The notes under the pieces are model-generated. The model was given only the letters and a program-made list of their open reading frames with translations, had not been told where the DNA came from and searched no databases. DNA of 34,043 bases, taken from the UHGV virus genome UHGV-0081034. One strand, given 5' to 3'. Below are positions 7,119 to 16,504 of this stretch, piece after piece (within the stretch, counting starts at the first letter, position 1; each line of letters begins with the position of its first letter). The translations under genes were made by a program, and so were the position numbers. Origin of the DNA: a virus.

Positions 7119-9530
7119 GTGGCATATGTGAGCAAGAGTAGTGGCGGAGAGGTTACTTATGAATTAACTGCTGATGACAGTAATCTGGAGTCAGATCTGA
7201 ATGAAGCCGGAAAGAAAATTGAAAAATCAGCCAAGAAGACAGCAAAGAAATCAGAAGAGGCAGAGAAGGAAAGTGCTGAGGTAAAGAAATCTGTTAAAGC
7301 GGACGTTACCAAAAAGAATGAAGAGGAAAATGATAAACAGGAGCAGGATGATGATGATTCGTATTCAAACCGCGAGGAGTCCGCCAAATCGCATGGATCT
7401 AAGCTGACGACAATAGCTTCAGGAACGGCTAAAGCTATCGGAGCAGGTATGCTTGCTGCAGGAACTGCGATTGTTGGAGTTGGTGTTGCCGCTGTAAAGA
7501 GCGCGAATGATATCGACCAGGCAATGAATCAGTACATTGCCAGCACCGGAAAAAGTACCGAGGAAACAGAACGGTACAAGAAGATCATGGAGGATATCTA
7601 TACAAATAATTACGGTGATTCCTTCGAGGATATCGGCGAGGCAATGGCATCAATCACTCAGAATCTTGGTGATCTTGATGACGCATCACTGCAGACCGTA
7701 ACCGAATCAGCGTTCGCATTGCGCGATACGTTCGGATACGAGATACCGGAATCCACAAGAGCTGCTAAAGCTATGATGGATAACTTCGGTACGTCCGGCG
7801 AAGAAGCGATGAACCTCATTGCAGCAGGTGCACAGAATGGATTGGACTATTCCGGAGAGCTTCTTGACAGTATCTCAGAGTATTCAGTACAGTTTGCGAA
7901 AGTCGGACTGGATGCCGATGACATGTTTAAGATTTTCCAGAAGGGTGCAGAATCCGGAGCTTTCAATCTGGACAAGGTCGGTGATGCAGTAAAAGAGTTC
8001 TCTATCCGGGCAATCGATGGATCAGATACCACTGTAGATGGCTTTAAACGCATCGGCTTGAATGCTGACGAGATGGCGGCAAAATTCTCTGCCGGCGGCG
8101 ACACTGCGAAAGAAGCATTCCAGGAAACGATTGCAGCACTTGCCGCTATGGAGGATCCGTTGGAGCAGAACACAGCCGGTGTCGATCTGTTTGGCACCAT
8201 GTGGGAAGACCTCGGTCCTGAAGCTGTAACAGCGTTGGCAAGCATCGAGGACGGAGCTTACGACACTGCAGGCGCAATGCAGCAGATCAAAGACATCAAA
8301 TACGATGATATCGGCTCTGTATTTGAAGGTCTCAAAAGAAGCTTAGAGGTATTGATTGTTCCATTAGGAGAGCAGTTGATACCGCTTCTGGCGGAGATTA
8401 TTGATGATACGCTTCCTATGTTGGAATCGGCGTTGCCGTCAATAGTGGATGCCGTGTCGGATGTGATAGAGGCATTACAGCCAGCTATCGAAGAGATCCT
8501 TCCAGTGTTAATGGATTCTCTGGCAGAAATCGGAGAGCCATTGATGGATCTGGCTAACGAGATTTTTCCAGTACTGTTGGATGCAGTCAATGAAATACTT
8601 CCGTTAGCAGCGCAACTGGTTGGAGAAGTTCTTCCGGTCATAACAGATCTGCTGAATATGCTACTTCCACCGTTGGTGGAGATCATAAGCGCATTATTAC
8701 CGCCGCTTATTGAATTGGTGTCTGCATTGATGCCGATATTCGAAGCAGTAATAAGCGTGTTACAACCAATCTTAGATCTGTTTATTAGCTTACTCACGCC
8801 GATTGTCGATCTGATTGCTCAGGGAATCACACCGCTGGTAAATGCGATTGTTCCACTGATCCAGATTATTGCATCAAACCTTATTCCACTGCTTCGCATT
8901 ATGGGAAGCGTGTTCTCTGGTGTGCTTTCATCGGTATTGTCTACTGTTACGAGTATTATTGGAAATATAAGCAATATCTTTCGTAATTTGATTGATTTTA
9001 TCAAGAATATATTTACAGGAAACTGGCGTGCTGCATGGCAGAATGTGAAGAATATCTTTTCAAATGCAATATCCGGACTGGCAACAATCTTTAAGGCACC
9101 AATGAATGCCATTGTCGATGGGTGGAATAGTTTGGCAAGCAGTATTGGAAGCGTATCTGTTCCGGATTGGGTGCCGATTGCCGGAGGAAAAAGCTTTAGC
9201 TTGCCAAAGATGAGCCGATTGAAAGTCGGACTGGATTATGTACCAAGAGATATGTTCCCGGCATTTCTGGATGAAGGCGAATGGGTGTTGACTAAGGAAG
9301 AAGCGAATCTGCTTCGTTCTTTTGGAGGCCTTGAGGGCATGATTGGAAAAATTGACAGGAGTACACGAGACAGTGTGAATGTTACGGTGCAAGGTGGAAA
9401 AGGAATGGAGATAGATTATGACAAACTTGGCAAGGCCACAGCTGATGCGTTGATTAGTGCTGGTGTTGGATTTAAGTGTGATGAGCGTGTGTTTGCAAAA
9501 TTAATAAAGGATCTGATTGATTATGTATGA
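7119..9530 (+). CDS. Tail tape measure protein
   Basis: 803 aa. K/E-rich N-terminus, hydrophobic central segments, and a long C-terminal region of ~11-aa periodic LP.L/IP.L repeats. GTG start. Typical position. Confidence 0.9.
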   Translation: MAYVSKSSGGEVTYELTADDSNLESDLNEAGKKIEKSAKKTAKKSEEAEKESAEVKKSVKADVTKKNEEENDKQEQDDDDSYSNREESAKSHGSKLTTIASGTAKAIGAGMLAAGTAIVGVGVAAVKSANDIDQAMNQYIASTGKSTEETERYKKIMEDIYTNNYGDSFEDIGEAMASITQNLGDLDDASLQTVTESAFALRDTFGYEIPESTRAAKAMMDNFGTSGEEAMNLIAAGAQNGLDYSGELLDSISEYSVQFAKVGLDADDMFKIFQKGAESGAFNLDKVGDAVKEFSIRAIDGSDTTVDGFKRIGLNADEMAAKFSAGGDTAKEAFQETIAALAAMEDPLEQNTAGVDLFGTMWEDLGPEAVTALASIEDGAYDTAGAMQQIKDIKYDDIGSVFEGLKRSLEVLIVPLGEQLIPLLAEIIDDTLPMLESALPSIVDAVSDVIEALQPAIEEILPVLMDSLAEIGEPLMDLANEIFPVLLDAVNEILPLAAQLVGEVLPVITDLLNMLLPPLVEIISALLPPLIELVSALMPIFEAVISVLQPILDLFISLLTPIVDLIAQGITPLVNAIVPLIQIIASNLIPLLRIMGSVFSGVLSSVLSTVTSIIGNISNIFRNLIDFIKNIFTGNWRAAWQNVKNIFSNAISGLATIFKAPMNAIVDGWNSLASSIGSVSVPDWVPIAGGKSFSLPKMSRLKVGLDYVPRDMFPAFLDEGEWVLTKEEANLLRSFGGLEGMIGKIDRSTRDSVNVTVQGGKGMEIDYDKLGKATADALISAGVGFKCDERVFAKLIKDLIDYV

Positions 9531-10371
9531 TGTTTACTATGTTGGAGCGCAGAACTCCGAAAAGATTGATTTCTGCCAGTGGCCGTATATGGTTACTGGC
9601 GGTGATATATTCGATGGATCGTATGATGCGATTGAGGATGATGGTCATATACAGGGATGGGAACGAAAGATTACAGAAAGGAAACTTGAAATAGAAATCA
9701 GAGCTACGGGAGAATCATTTGCGCAGGCAATTGACAACATTGAGAGTGTGGCTGAGAAAGACATATTGAACACAACTCCAGGAAAACTGTATGTAGGAAA
9801 CAGCTACATGAAATGCTGGATCACAGGAACGAATAAAGACCGATGGATCAACGATCTTGATAGCATCAGCAACGAGCTTTCTATCAAGTCGGATTATCCG
9901 TACTGGATCACGGAAGAACCATTTTCTTTTCAAAAACAAGGTAAAGGAGTGGCTGTCACATCTGGGTGGCTTGAGTATCCATATGAGTATCCATACGAAT
10001 ATTCAAAAGCTATAAATCTCAAACAGATTCGAAACAGCAATTATACGGCGAGCGGATTCAAGATGATCATCTATGGCCCCTGTATTAATCCACTAATCCG
10101 AGTTGCAGGACATATCTACGAATTGCGTACTACCTTGTACGAAGGAGAATATGCAATTATCGATTCAAGCACTCGTTACGCGAAGGATAGACGAGTTGTA
10201 AAGATAAAAAATGATGGTTCAGAGGAAAATCTCATTAACAGCAAGAACAACGAAAGCTCTATATGGGAGAAGATTCCTCCAGGAATAAGCATTGTATCTT
10301 GGAGTGGAGCGTTTGGTTTTGACATTATCCTATTCAACGAAAGGGGGACCCCGAGATGGACTTTACGATAA
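9517..10371 (+). CDS. Distal tail protein (Dit)-like
   Basis: 284 aa. TTG 9517 or ATG 9523 start overlapping the TMP stop. Synteny: TMP, then Dit, then Tal. Confidence 0.55.
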   Translation: MIMYDVYYVGAQNSEKIDFCQWPYMVTGGDIFDGSYDAIEDDGHIQGWERKITERKLEIEIRATGESFAQAIDNIESVAEKDILNTTPGKLYVGNSYMKCWITGTNKDRWINDLDSISNELSIKSDYPYWITEEPFSFQKQGKGVAVTSGWLEYPYEYPYEYSKAINLKQIRNSNYTASGFKMIIYGPCINPLIRVAGHIYELRTTLYEGEYAIIDSSTRYAKDRRVVKIKNDGSEENLINSKNNESSIWEKIPPGISIVSWSGAFGFDIILFNERGTPRWTLR

Positions 10372-11348
10372 CAGATATCAACGGCCAGGAACAGGGGTTT
10401 CTGAATCATTGCGGTGTCAACATTACTGTTGGATCTGAAAATAATTTTGAAATAAAGATTCAAAGCTCTTTATATGATTCAACGATTCACGGAAAAAACT
10501 GCCGATTTTTTTGCCCCGGTACTGAGTATGGAGGACTGATTAGAAGTCCCCATCCAGTGACTGTGGACAATCTTGTGAAGCTTACCGGTCCAACTTGGCG
10601 GGGACTGTTGAATCAAAGAGCAATCAATCCGGCGAAAAATGATTATGTATATTTGAACGGTGAAGCAAATAGTGTCTTGAATTCCTACATAAAGAGGCTG
10701 GGGCTATCAGAAGTATTTTCTGTGTCAGGAGAAGATAGTGGAATTCAGCTGAATAACTATCAGGTTCCGCTACAGTCTATGCTGTTGGATGCCTTTGACG
10801 GAGCATTGGAGGAGGTTAATGCGCGCGTAGCAATTAAATATATACAAGGAGCTGCGAATGATAAAGGATATGTACTTCTTAATGTTGTCCCGGTAAAGGA
10901 TCATTCAGAGAATATTGAATTGAGCGAAGACGGAAGCGTAAAGCTTGATATCTTAGACTATAAAAATGGAGTAAATCATCTAATATGTTTGGGATCTGGC
11001 GAATTAACAGCTCGAATACAGATGGATCTATATGCCTGGCCAGATGGGAGCATTCGAAAGACTCAATATTACACGGGAATGGACCTCATTGAGGAGTATT
11101 ACGAAAATACAAATGCGGACACTCTTGCGGAGCTGGAGGAAGCTGGGAAAAAAAGAATGTCCGATATTATGGATTATAAACAGTTAAAGATATCGGTTGG
11201 CGATACGGAGCTTGAGCTTGGAGATATTGTTGGTGGACGTGAGAGAATCACAGGAATCAGCATGGCATCTCCGGTTGTACGAAAAGATCTAACAGTTACC
11301 GGGAAAGGGCGCGTAACAATGGAGTATAAGTTGAAAGGAGAAGATTAG
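10356..11348 (+). CDS. Tail-associated (Tal-like) minor structural protein
   Basis: 330 aa. Overlaps the Dit stop. Synteny. Confidence 0.45.
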   Translation: MDFTITDINGQEQGFLNHCGVNITVGSENNFEIKIQSSLYDSTIHGKNCRFFCPGTEYGGLIRSPHPVTVDNLVKLTGPTWRGLLNQRAINPAKNDYVYLNGEANSVLNSYIKRLGLSEVFSVSGEDSGIQLNNYQVPLQSMLLDAFDGALEEVNARVAIKYIQGAANDKGYVLLNVVPVKDHSENIELSEDGSVKLDILDYKNGVNHLICLGSGELTARIQMDLYAWPDGSIRKTQYYTGMDLIEEYYENTNADTLAELEEAGKKRMSDIMDYKQLKISVGDTELELGDIVGGRERITGISMASPVVRKDLTVTGKGRVTMEYKLKGED

Positions 11349-11349
11349 G

Positions 11350-12225
11350 ATGGCCGATTTTATTGACACAAGCCTTATTGATGGATATGCTGGCGGACCC
11401 CATATTACAGAAAAACAGGTTGGATCAGCAAATCAAGGAATTGTTGGAGCTGGGGATTATGTATTAGAAGTTGGGCAGTGCGCGAAAGCCCAAGTGTTGA
11501 CTAATAATAGCGTCAGAATTTTTGATGCAGTATATTCAATCCAAGGAAGAAGAGATGCGATTGATGCAAACGATTATTCGGATGTAACGATTGCGAATGG
11601 AACTCAAGGGATGAATAGAAATGATATTATCGTTCGTAGATATAGAAAAGATGAGAAGACAGAAATTGAAACAGTTGAATACGGAGTGAAAAAAGGGACT
11701 CCAGCGTCAAAAGCAACAGATCCGGAGGTAACTACAGGTGATATTCGAAAAGGAGATCTGTTGCATGAAATGAAACTTTATCGGGTAAAAATTGAAGGAT
11801 TGAATATTGTAGCAGTGGAGCAGCTGTTTGAGATTCTGCCGCCTATCAATCAATTGTATAAATATCTGCAAAAAAAGGCAGATACCTATATCCTTGGATT
11901 ATCGGTATCCGGACAGCTAACGGGGGAATATCTGAACAGCAAGCCAATCTATGCAAAGATGGTTGATGTTGGAGCACTGCCGAATAACACCACTAAGACA
12001 GTAAGTACTGGGTTAAGCAATCTTGACTATGTGTGGATCGACCCCGCAAACAGTTTTTGCTTCAGTGGCGGTGCAAGTTATCCTATCCCATATGTGGATC
12101 CAAAAGCTGTTGCCAATTCTATAGGTGTAAGAATAACGGGGAATGGAGCCAATATTGTTGTATCGACGGGGACTAACTGGAGCAGCTACGCCGGAATCGT
12201 GACTGTTAAATACACGAAGAAATGA
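11350..12225 (+). CDS. Baseplate / tail fiber structural protein
   Basis: 291 aa. Follows Tal. Gly/Thr/Asn-rich C-terminal half. Confidence 0.4.
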   Translation: MADFIDTSLIDGYAGGPHITEKQVGSANQGIVGAGDYVLEVGQCAKAQVLTNNSVRIFDAVYSIQGRRDAIDANDYSDVTIANGTQGMNRNDIIVRRYRKDEKTEIETVEYGVKKGTPASKATDPEVTTGDIRKGDLLHEMKLYRVKIEGLNIVAVEQLFEILPPINQLYKYLQKKADTYILGLSVSGQLTGEYLNSKPIYAKMVDVGALPNNTTKTVSTGLSNLDYVWIDPANSFCFSGGASYPIPYVDPKAVANSIGVRITGNGANIVVSTGTNWSSYAGIVTVKYTKK

Positions 12226-12234
12226 GGGGATTAA

Positions 12235-12540
12235 ATGATACGAGGAACAACACCTGTTCTAGAATTTGAACTACCATTTGATACAGAACTGATTGCAGAA
12301 GCGTATGTAACGATATCCCAGAACCAGAAAGCAGTTTTTGAAAAGAATTTTGCAGAATGTATCCATTCAGGAAAGTTACTGAAAGTAAATCTGTCACAGG
12401 AAGACACTCTGAAATTGGAATCATGTTGTAATCCACGTGCTGAAATACAGGTACGGGTGCGGACAAAAGAAGGAGAAGCACTTGCATCAGACATTATATC
12501 GGTGCATGTTGGTAGGATTTTGAAGGATGGTGTAATCTGA
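12235..12540 (+). CDS. Hypothetical tail-module protein
   Basis: 101-aa ORF, tightly packed in the late operon. Confidence 0.4.
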   Translation: MIRGTTPVLEFELPFDTELIAEAYVTISQNQKAVFEKNFAECIHSGKLLKVNLSQEDTLKLESCCNPRAEIQVRVRTKEGEALASDIISVHVGRILKDGVI

Positions 12541-12827
12541 TGAGACTTGAACTAAAATTCAGTGAGCAGAAGAGAAAGATTGAAGTTGGATTCAGTCAAA
12601 GCAAGAATGGCTTTCAGGCAAAATTTCAACACTTCCAGCAAGCCACGGAACGTAAAGAAGTAGATTATTATGAGGGTACATACAAGGTTGTCCCAAAAGT
12701 AACAGAGCAGAAACTTGAGACACGACAGAAATTCCTAACAGAGGATGTAATAGTGAAAGAGATTCCGTATTTCGATGTAAGCAATGAGTCAGGCGGATCA
12801 ACAGTATATATCGGAAATGAGGTATAA
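12540..12827 (+). CDS. Hypothetical tail-module protein
   Basis: 95-aa ORF. ATGA overlap with the upstream gene. Confidence 0.4.
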   Translation: MRLELKFSEQKRKIEVGFSQSKNGFQAKFQHFQQATERKEVDYYEGTYKVVPKVTEQKLETRQKFLTEDVIVKEIPYFDVSNESGGSTVYIGNEV

Positions 12828-12830
12828 ATA

Positions 12831-13406
12831 ATGGCAGTAAGCAAAGTAGTATATGGTGGAAAAACATTAATTGATTTAACGGGTGATACAGTAACGGAAG
12901 ACAAACTTCTCAAAGGTGCTACAGCGCATGGAAAAGATGGAGAAGTTGTCACAGGAGTGTGCACGTTCGATGTGGACTCCAATGACGCAACCGCAGCAGT
13001 TGCGGAGATCTTAAAAGGTAAAACAGTCTATGCAAGAGGGAAGAAGCTAGTTGGAACGATGCCGAATAATGGAGCAGTAAAAGGCGTAATCTCGAACAAA
13101 GATGACAGCTATGTAATTGCTCAAGGATATCATGACGGTAGCGGAACAGTCGGAATTTCGGAAACAGAGAAAGAAAAGCTCATTCCGTCAAATATCCGTG
13201 AAGGTATCAACATTCTCGGTGTCGATGGGCAGATGTCTGGTAGTGAAGGAATGAAACCACAATCCAAGACAATAACTCCAAGTAGCGCACAGCAGACGAT
13301 TCTTCCGGACGAAGGTTATAATTGTCTCTCACAGGTAGTTGTTGAAAAGATTCCTTATGTTGAATCAGAAAACAGTGCAGGTGGGCTTACAGTAACAATC
13401 GGTTAG
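12831..13406 (+). CDS. Tail fiber / receptor-binding candidate with 'LLxGATAHxxxGxxVxG' repeat units
   Basis: 191 aa. N-terminus (KVVYGGKTLIDLTGDTVTEDKLLKGATAHGKDGEVVTG) is paralogous to the N-terminus of the next ORF. Confidence 0.5.
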   Translation: MAVSKVVYGGKTLIDLTGDTVTEDKLLKGATAHGKDGEVVTGVCTFDVDSNDATAAVAEILKGKTVYARGKKLVGTMPNNGAVKGVISNKDDSYVIAQGYHDGSGTVGISETEKEKLIPSNIREGINILGVDGQMSGSEGMKPQSKTITPSSAQQTILPDEGYNCLSQVVVEKIPYVESENSAGGLTVTIG

Positions 13407-13423
13407 TTAGAGAGGAGCAAAAT

Positions 13424-14335
13424 ATGGACGTAAATAAAATCGAATACGATGGACGTGTATTACTGGATTTGACAGAGGACACAGTTGCGGAAGACCAACT
13501 GTTAGAAGGTGCAACAGCTCACGATAGGTCTGGACAAAGGATAGTTGGTGCGCTGATTAATCTTGCAGAAGACACTGTAGCACCAGAAAATCTGCTGGCT
13601 GGTGCTACAGCTCATGATAGTAGCGGACAGCGAATTGTTGGAACGATGATACAGTCAAGCGGAACAGACACATCAGATGCTACGGCATTACCAGAGGACA
13701 TTGTGTCAGGGAAGACAGCTTATGTTGACGGAGAAAAAGTCACTGGAAGTATGGCATCGCTTGGTGCAAGCAAGCCTACAGTTGGTAATGGACGAGTTAC
13801 TATGAGTAAATATAATGGAGATCTTTATATGACTCTTAACAACGTTTCTCTTGACAACGCATCAGCGTACCTAAAAAAGGGAGGCAGCATTAGAGTTTTT
13901 GGCGATGGTTCATTAGGTTCATACTTCGGTGACGCAACGCCAGAAGATGTGCGAAAAGGGAAGAAATTCACATCCAAGGATGGTGTCGCTATCGGAACAA
14001 TGGAAGCATCTAGCGGAGGTTCTGGTGGTGTACAGGTAAAAACCGGAACAACATCATCTCCTACTATCAATACTGGCTTGTCTAAGATTGATAAGCTGAT
14101 AATCTATGCCGATAAAATCACATCAGTAGGTGTTGTAACTGCTGTGTATTCCGCAGATGTAGGAAAAGCAAAGGTGACATTCTGTGGTGATTACAGCGTG
14201 TACTCAAAACCTTGTGGAATCACAGATAGATCTGGTTTTAGCGTGTCTGGTGGTACATTCTCTTGGACAGAATCAGTGAAAGAATATAAATTCATGAATA
14301 ATGCTGCCTATAATTGGATTGCGATCGGAAACTAA
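13424..14335 (+). CDS. Tail fiber / receptor-binding candidate, paralog of 12831-13406 with at least three tandem ~30-aa 'GATAHD' repeat units
   Basis: 303 aa. Units include LLDLTEDTVAEDQLLEGATAHDRSGQRIVGA, LINLAEDTVAPENLLAGATAHDSSGQRIVGT and EDIVSGKTAYVDGEKVTGSM. Confidence 0.5.
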   Translation: MDVNKIEYDGRVLLDLTEDTVAEDQLLEGATAHDRSGQRIVGALINLAEDTVAPENLLAGATAHDSSGQRIVGTMIQSSGTDTSDATALPEDIVSGKTAYVDGEKVTGSMASLGASKPTVGNGRVTMSKYNGDLYMTLNNVSLDNASAYLKKGGSIRVFGDGSLGSYFGDATPEDVRKGKKFTSKDGVAIGTMEASSGGSGGVQVKTGTTSSPTINTGLSKIDKLIIYADKITSVGVVTAVYSADVGKAKVTFCGDYSVYSKPCGITDRSGFSVSGGTFSWTESVKEYKFMNNAAYNWIAIGN

Positions 14336-14373
14336 AACAAAATCAGAACTATAAGTATTTAAGGAGAATGGTG

Positions 14374-14682
14374 ATGGAATATGTAGGTAGAGAAGAGCAT
14401 GCAGAGTTCGCCAAAAGAATTGATGATGAGCAGCACAGGCAGAACAAGAGAATCGATTCTCTTGAGCAGACGGTAAAGGAGATCAGCTCCCTTGCAACAT
14501 CCGTGGAGAAACTTGCAAACAATATGGCAAACATGGTGAAAGAGCAGGAAAAGCAAGGAAAACGACTGGAAGCTCTTGAAGGAAAAGACGGGGAGATGTG
14601 GCGCACTGTCGTTAAGTATGTACTGACCACAGCCATTGGTATTGTGATTGGAATTGTAGCGATGCAGATTGGTCTTAAATAA
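14374..14682 (+). CDS. xhlA: XhlA-like lysis-module protein (coiled coil plus C-terminal TM helix)
   Basis: ATG 14374 sits 7 nt after aaggag. ~102 aa with an N-terminal coiled coil and C-terminal TTAIGIVIGIVAMQIGL. Sits before the holin, as in the PBSX lysis cassette. Confidence 0.55.
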   Translation: MEYVGREEHAEFAKRIDDEQHRQNKRIDSLEQTVKEISSLATSVEKLANNMANMVKEQEKQGKRLEALEGKDGEMWRTVVKYVLTTAIGIVIGIVAMQIGLK

Positions 14683-14698
14683 TAGGAGGAATAAAATT

Positions 14699-15022
14699 AT
14701 GGAAATTGAAACATTAATGCAGTACATGAGTTACATTTTGGCAGGAATTGGAGTGCTGGCTTTCTTGGTCAGCGTAATCGTGCAGGCAATCAAGGAGATG
14801 CCGGCGCTGAAAAAAGTGCAGACGAATGTTGTGGCACTGATTACATCACTGATCCTGACCCCAGTAGCAGTAATCGTCTTGTGTACCTATTATCAGATAG
14901 CAATTGAGTGGTATTACATTTTCGCATCATTTGTTGCTGCATTCATCGTCTATTTAGTGAGTACTGGTGGCTGGGAACGTGTGACAGAAATGTGGAATCG
15001 GAATACATATAAGAAAAAGTAG
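14699..15022 (+). CDS. Holin (3 predicted TM helices)
   Basis: ATG 14699 sits 9 nt after aggagg. 107 aa with three hydrophobic segments and a charged C-terminus (NRNTYKKK). Immediately upstream of the endolysin. Confidence 0.65.
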   Translation: MEIETLMQYMSYILAGIGVLAFLVSVIVQAIKEMPALKKVQTNVVALITSLILTPVAVIVLCTYYQIAIEWYYIFASFVAAFIVYLVSTGGWERVTEMWNRNTYKKK

Positions 15023-15070
15023 AATTGTACCGGTGCAAGAGATGCATAGAAGACATGAAAGGAGAGTAAT

Positions 15071-16243
15071 ATGAAATTATTTTTAATTGCTGGACACGGA
15101 GAGGGAGATCCAGGAGCTGAAGGTGGAGGATACACCGAAGCAGAACGAGTCAGAGCGTTGGCCGCCAAAATTAAAGAACTTGGCGGAGAAGCGGTCATTC
15201 TTGGGGATACGAGTAAAAACTGGTACAGAGATAAGCTGATAAGTACTTACAACTTCTCGGAAGATTCAAACATTTTAGAGCTGCATATGGATGCAGGCGG
15301 TGGATCGGCACGAGGCGGACATATCATCATCAAAGAGGGATTCGCTCCAGACGAATACGATTTGTCACTTGCTCTTTTTATCTCTACATTAATGCCGGGA
15401 AGAGCCGAGAATATCAAGTATCGTTCTGACCTGGCAAATGTAAACCGGGCTGCCAAGAGAGGGCTGAATTATCGTTTAATGGAATGCGGATTTATTGACA
15501 ATGATCAGGACAGAAAAATTTTTAATGATCATATTGCGGAAATCGCGGAAGGAATCCTCAGGGCTTTCGGAATTATTGTGACGAAAAAAACGACGGGAAA
15601 ATGGATAAAAGACAAAGTCGGTGACTGGTGGCAGGATCCGGATGGAAGCTATCCACGGAACTGTTGGAGAAAAATAGCAGGGACATTTTACTGGTTTAAC
15701 GAGAAAGGGTACGTTGTCCAGAATCAGTGGATTCAGTACCAGGGAAATTTCTACTGGCTTAACGGAACAGGGGGAATGCGGACCGGCTGGAATAAGATTG
15801 ACGGGGAATGGTACTTCCTGAATGATGGAGTAGTCGCACCAAAGAAACCGGTTGGGGCTATGTTAACCGGTTGGGTTCTGGCAGGTGGAAACTATTTCTA
15901 TCTACGACCGAAGAGAGAAGGAAAACATGCACAGGGAACACTGCTGGAAGGTGAGTTAAAAGGATATGCCGGTAACGACTATTATCTTGTTAAATCCGGA
16001 GAAGACAGACGTTATCAGACAGGCCAGATGCTTACCGGATGGAGACAGGCAGGAGATGATTATTACTGGTACAATATGAAAGCAACATCGGCATCTCCGC
16101 TCGGTGCCATGTATAAGAACAAATGGCTGAGCCTTAAGGAAGCTGATTACTATTTTAAATCAGACGGCAAGATGGCGAAAAATGAAACGCTAACGATCAA
16201 CGGAAAGAAGTACACATTCAGTCCGACAGGATATCTGCAGTAA
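15071..16243 (+). CDS. Endolysin: N-acetylmuramoyl-L-alanine amidase (Amidase_3-type) with C-terminal choline-binding-like cell-wall-binding repeats
   Basis: N-terminal LIAGHGEGDPGA motif. C-terminal aromatic GW/YW repeats (WYFLNDGV, NYFYLRP, DYYWYNM). Confidence 0.85.
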   Translation: MKLFLIAGHGEGDPGAEGGGYTEAERVRALAAKIKELGGEAVILGDTSKNWYRDKLISTYNFSEDSNILELHMDAGGGSARGGHIIIKEGFAPDEYDLSLALFISTLMPGRAENIKYRSDLANVNRAAKRGLNYRLMECGFIDNDQDRKIFNDHIAEIAEGILRAFGIIVTKKTTGKWIKDKVGDWWQDPDGSYPRNCWRKIAGTFYWFNEKGYVVQNQWIQYQGNFYWLNGTGGMRTGWNKIDGEWYFLNDGVVAPKKPVGAMLTGWVLAGGNYFYLRPKREGKHAQGTLLEGELKGYAGNDYYLVKSGEDRRYQTGQMLTGWRQAGDDYYWYNMKATSASPLGAMYKNKWLSLKEADYYFKSDGKMAKNETLTINGKKYTFSPTGYLQ

Positions 16244-16249
16244 TAAGAT

Positions 16250-16272
16250 CCCCGGAGTGGTAAGCTCCGGGG
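16250..16272 (+). terminator. Stem-loop after the endolysin gene (CCCCGGAG-tggtaag-CTCCGGGG)
   Basis: Perfect 8-bp GC-rich stem 7 nt after the stop codon. No clean T-run, so it may be a weak terminator or stability element. Confidence 0.35.
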
Positions 16273-16291
16273 TGAATATTGTATCATCTTT

Positions 16292-16325
16292 TTCGTGTTG
16301 CATTTTGATGCATTTCGTGTTGCAT
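16292..16325. repeat. Two copies of the 12-mer TTCGTGTTGCAT (16292-16303, 16314-16325); candidate integrase arm-type binding sites (P arm)
   Basis: Exact 12-nt repeats. The same 12-mer occurs twice more in tandem at 16520-16543, on the other side of the attP core. Confidence 0.4.
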
Positions 16326-16383
16326 AGGATTCTAAAATAACTGAAATATTTATAATATGCTAGAATGATTCTAAATAATAAAA

Positions 16384-16421
16384 ATGCGGGAAACCCTTGA
16401 TTTATAAGGGATATCCCGCAT
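16384..16421 (-). terminator. Rho-independent terminator on the minus strand, immediately downstream of the tRNA-derived attP core
   Basis: Minus-strand sense AATGCGGGATATCCCTT-ataaatc-AAGGGTTTCCCGCA followed by TTTT. Looks like a tRNA gene terminator carried in attP. Confidence 0.5.
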
Positions 16422-16451
16422 TCGTTGTAAATTCGCACTTTCATTAAAAAG

Positions 16452-16474
16452 TGGACCTGGCGGGAATCGAACCC
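16452..16474 (-). other. attP core candidate: 3' portion of a tRNA gene (T-arm plus acceptor 3' strand, GGGTTCGATTCCCGCCAGGTCCA on the minus strand)
   Basis: GGTTCGATTCC T-loop consensus followed by a 7-nt acceptor strand and discriminator A. The upstream tRNA body is absent, since pairing partners for the T-stem and acceptor are missing. Adjacent to the integrase 3' end. Confidence 0.55.
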
Positions 16475-16504
16475 AAAAGATTTTTGCCAAAAGTGGCGGT
16501 TTTA

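Noticed and set aside
8380-8900. Periodic DNA repeats that could be mistaken for a CRISPR array
   Set aside because: The period is ~33 nt, the repeats are degenerate, and they translate in frame into the tape measure helical repeats. There is no repeat-spacer architecture and no leader.
7157-9392. Multiple minus-strand ORFs (7157-7387, 7847-8245, 8258-8797, 8819-9112, 9060-9392) inside the tape measure gene
   Set aside because: They are embedded antisense in a continuous 803-aa gene with a clear protein repeat structure. Their compositions are Ser/Asn/Ile-rich artefacts.
16452-16474. tRNA-like sequence reported as a tRNA gene
   Set aside because: Only the T-arm and 3' acceptor strand are present. 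The upstream sequence (ttttggg…) cannot form the T-stem 5' strand, D-arm or anticodon arm. It is an attP core fragment, not a functional tRNA.
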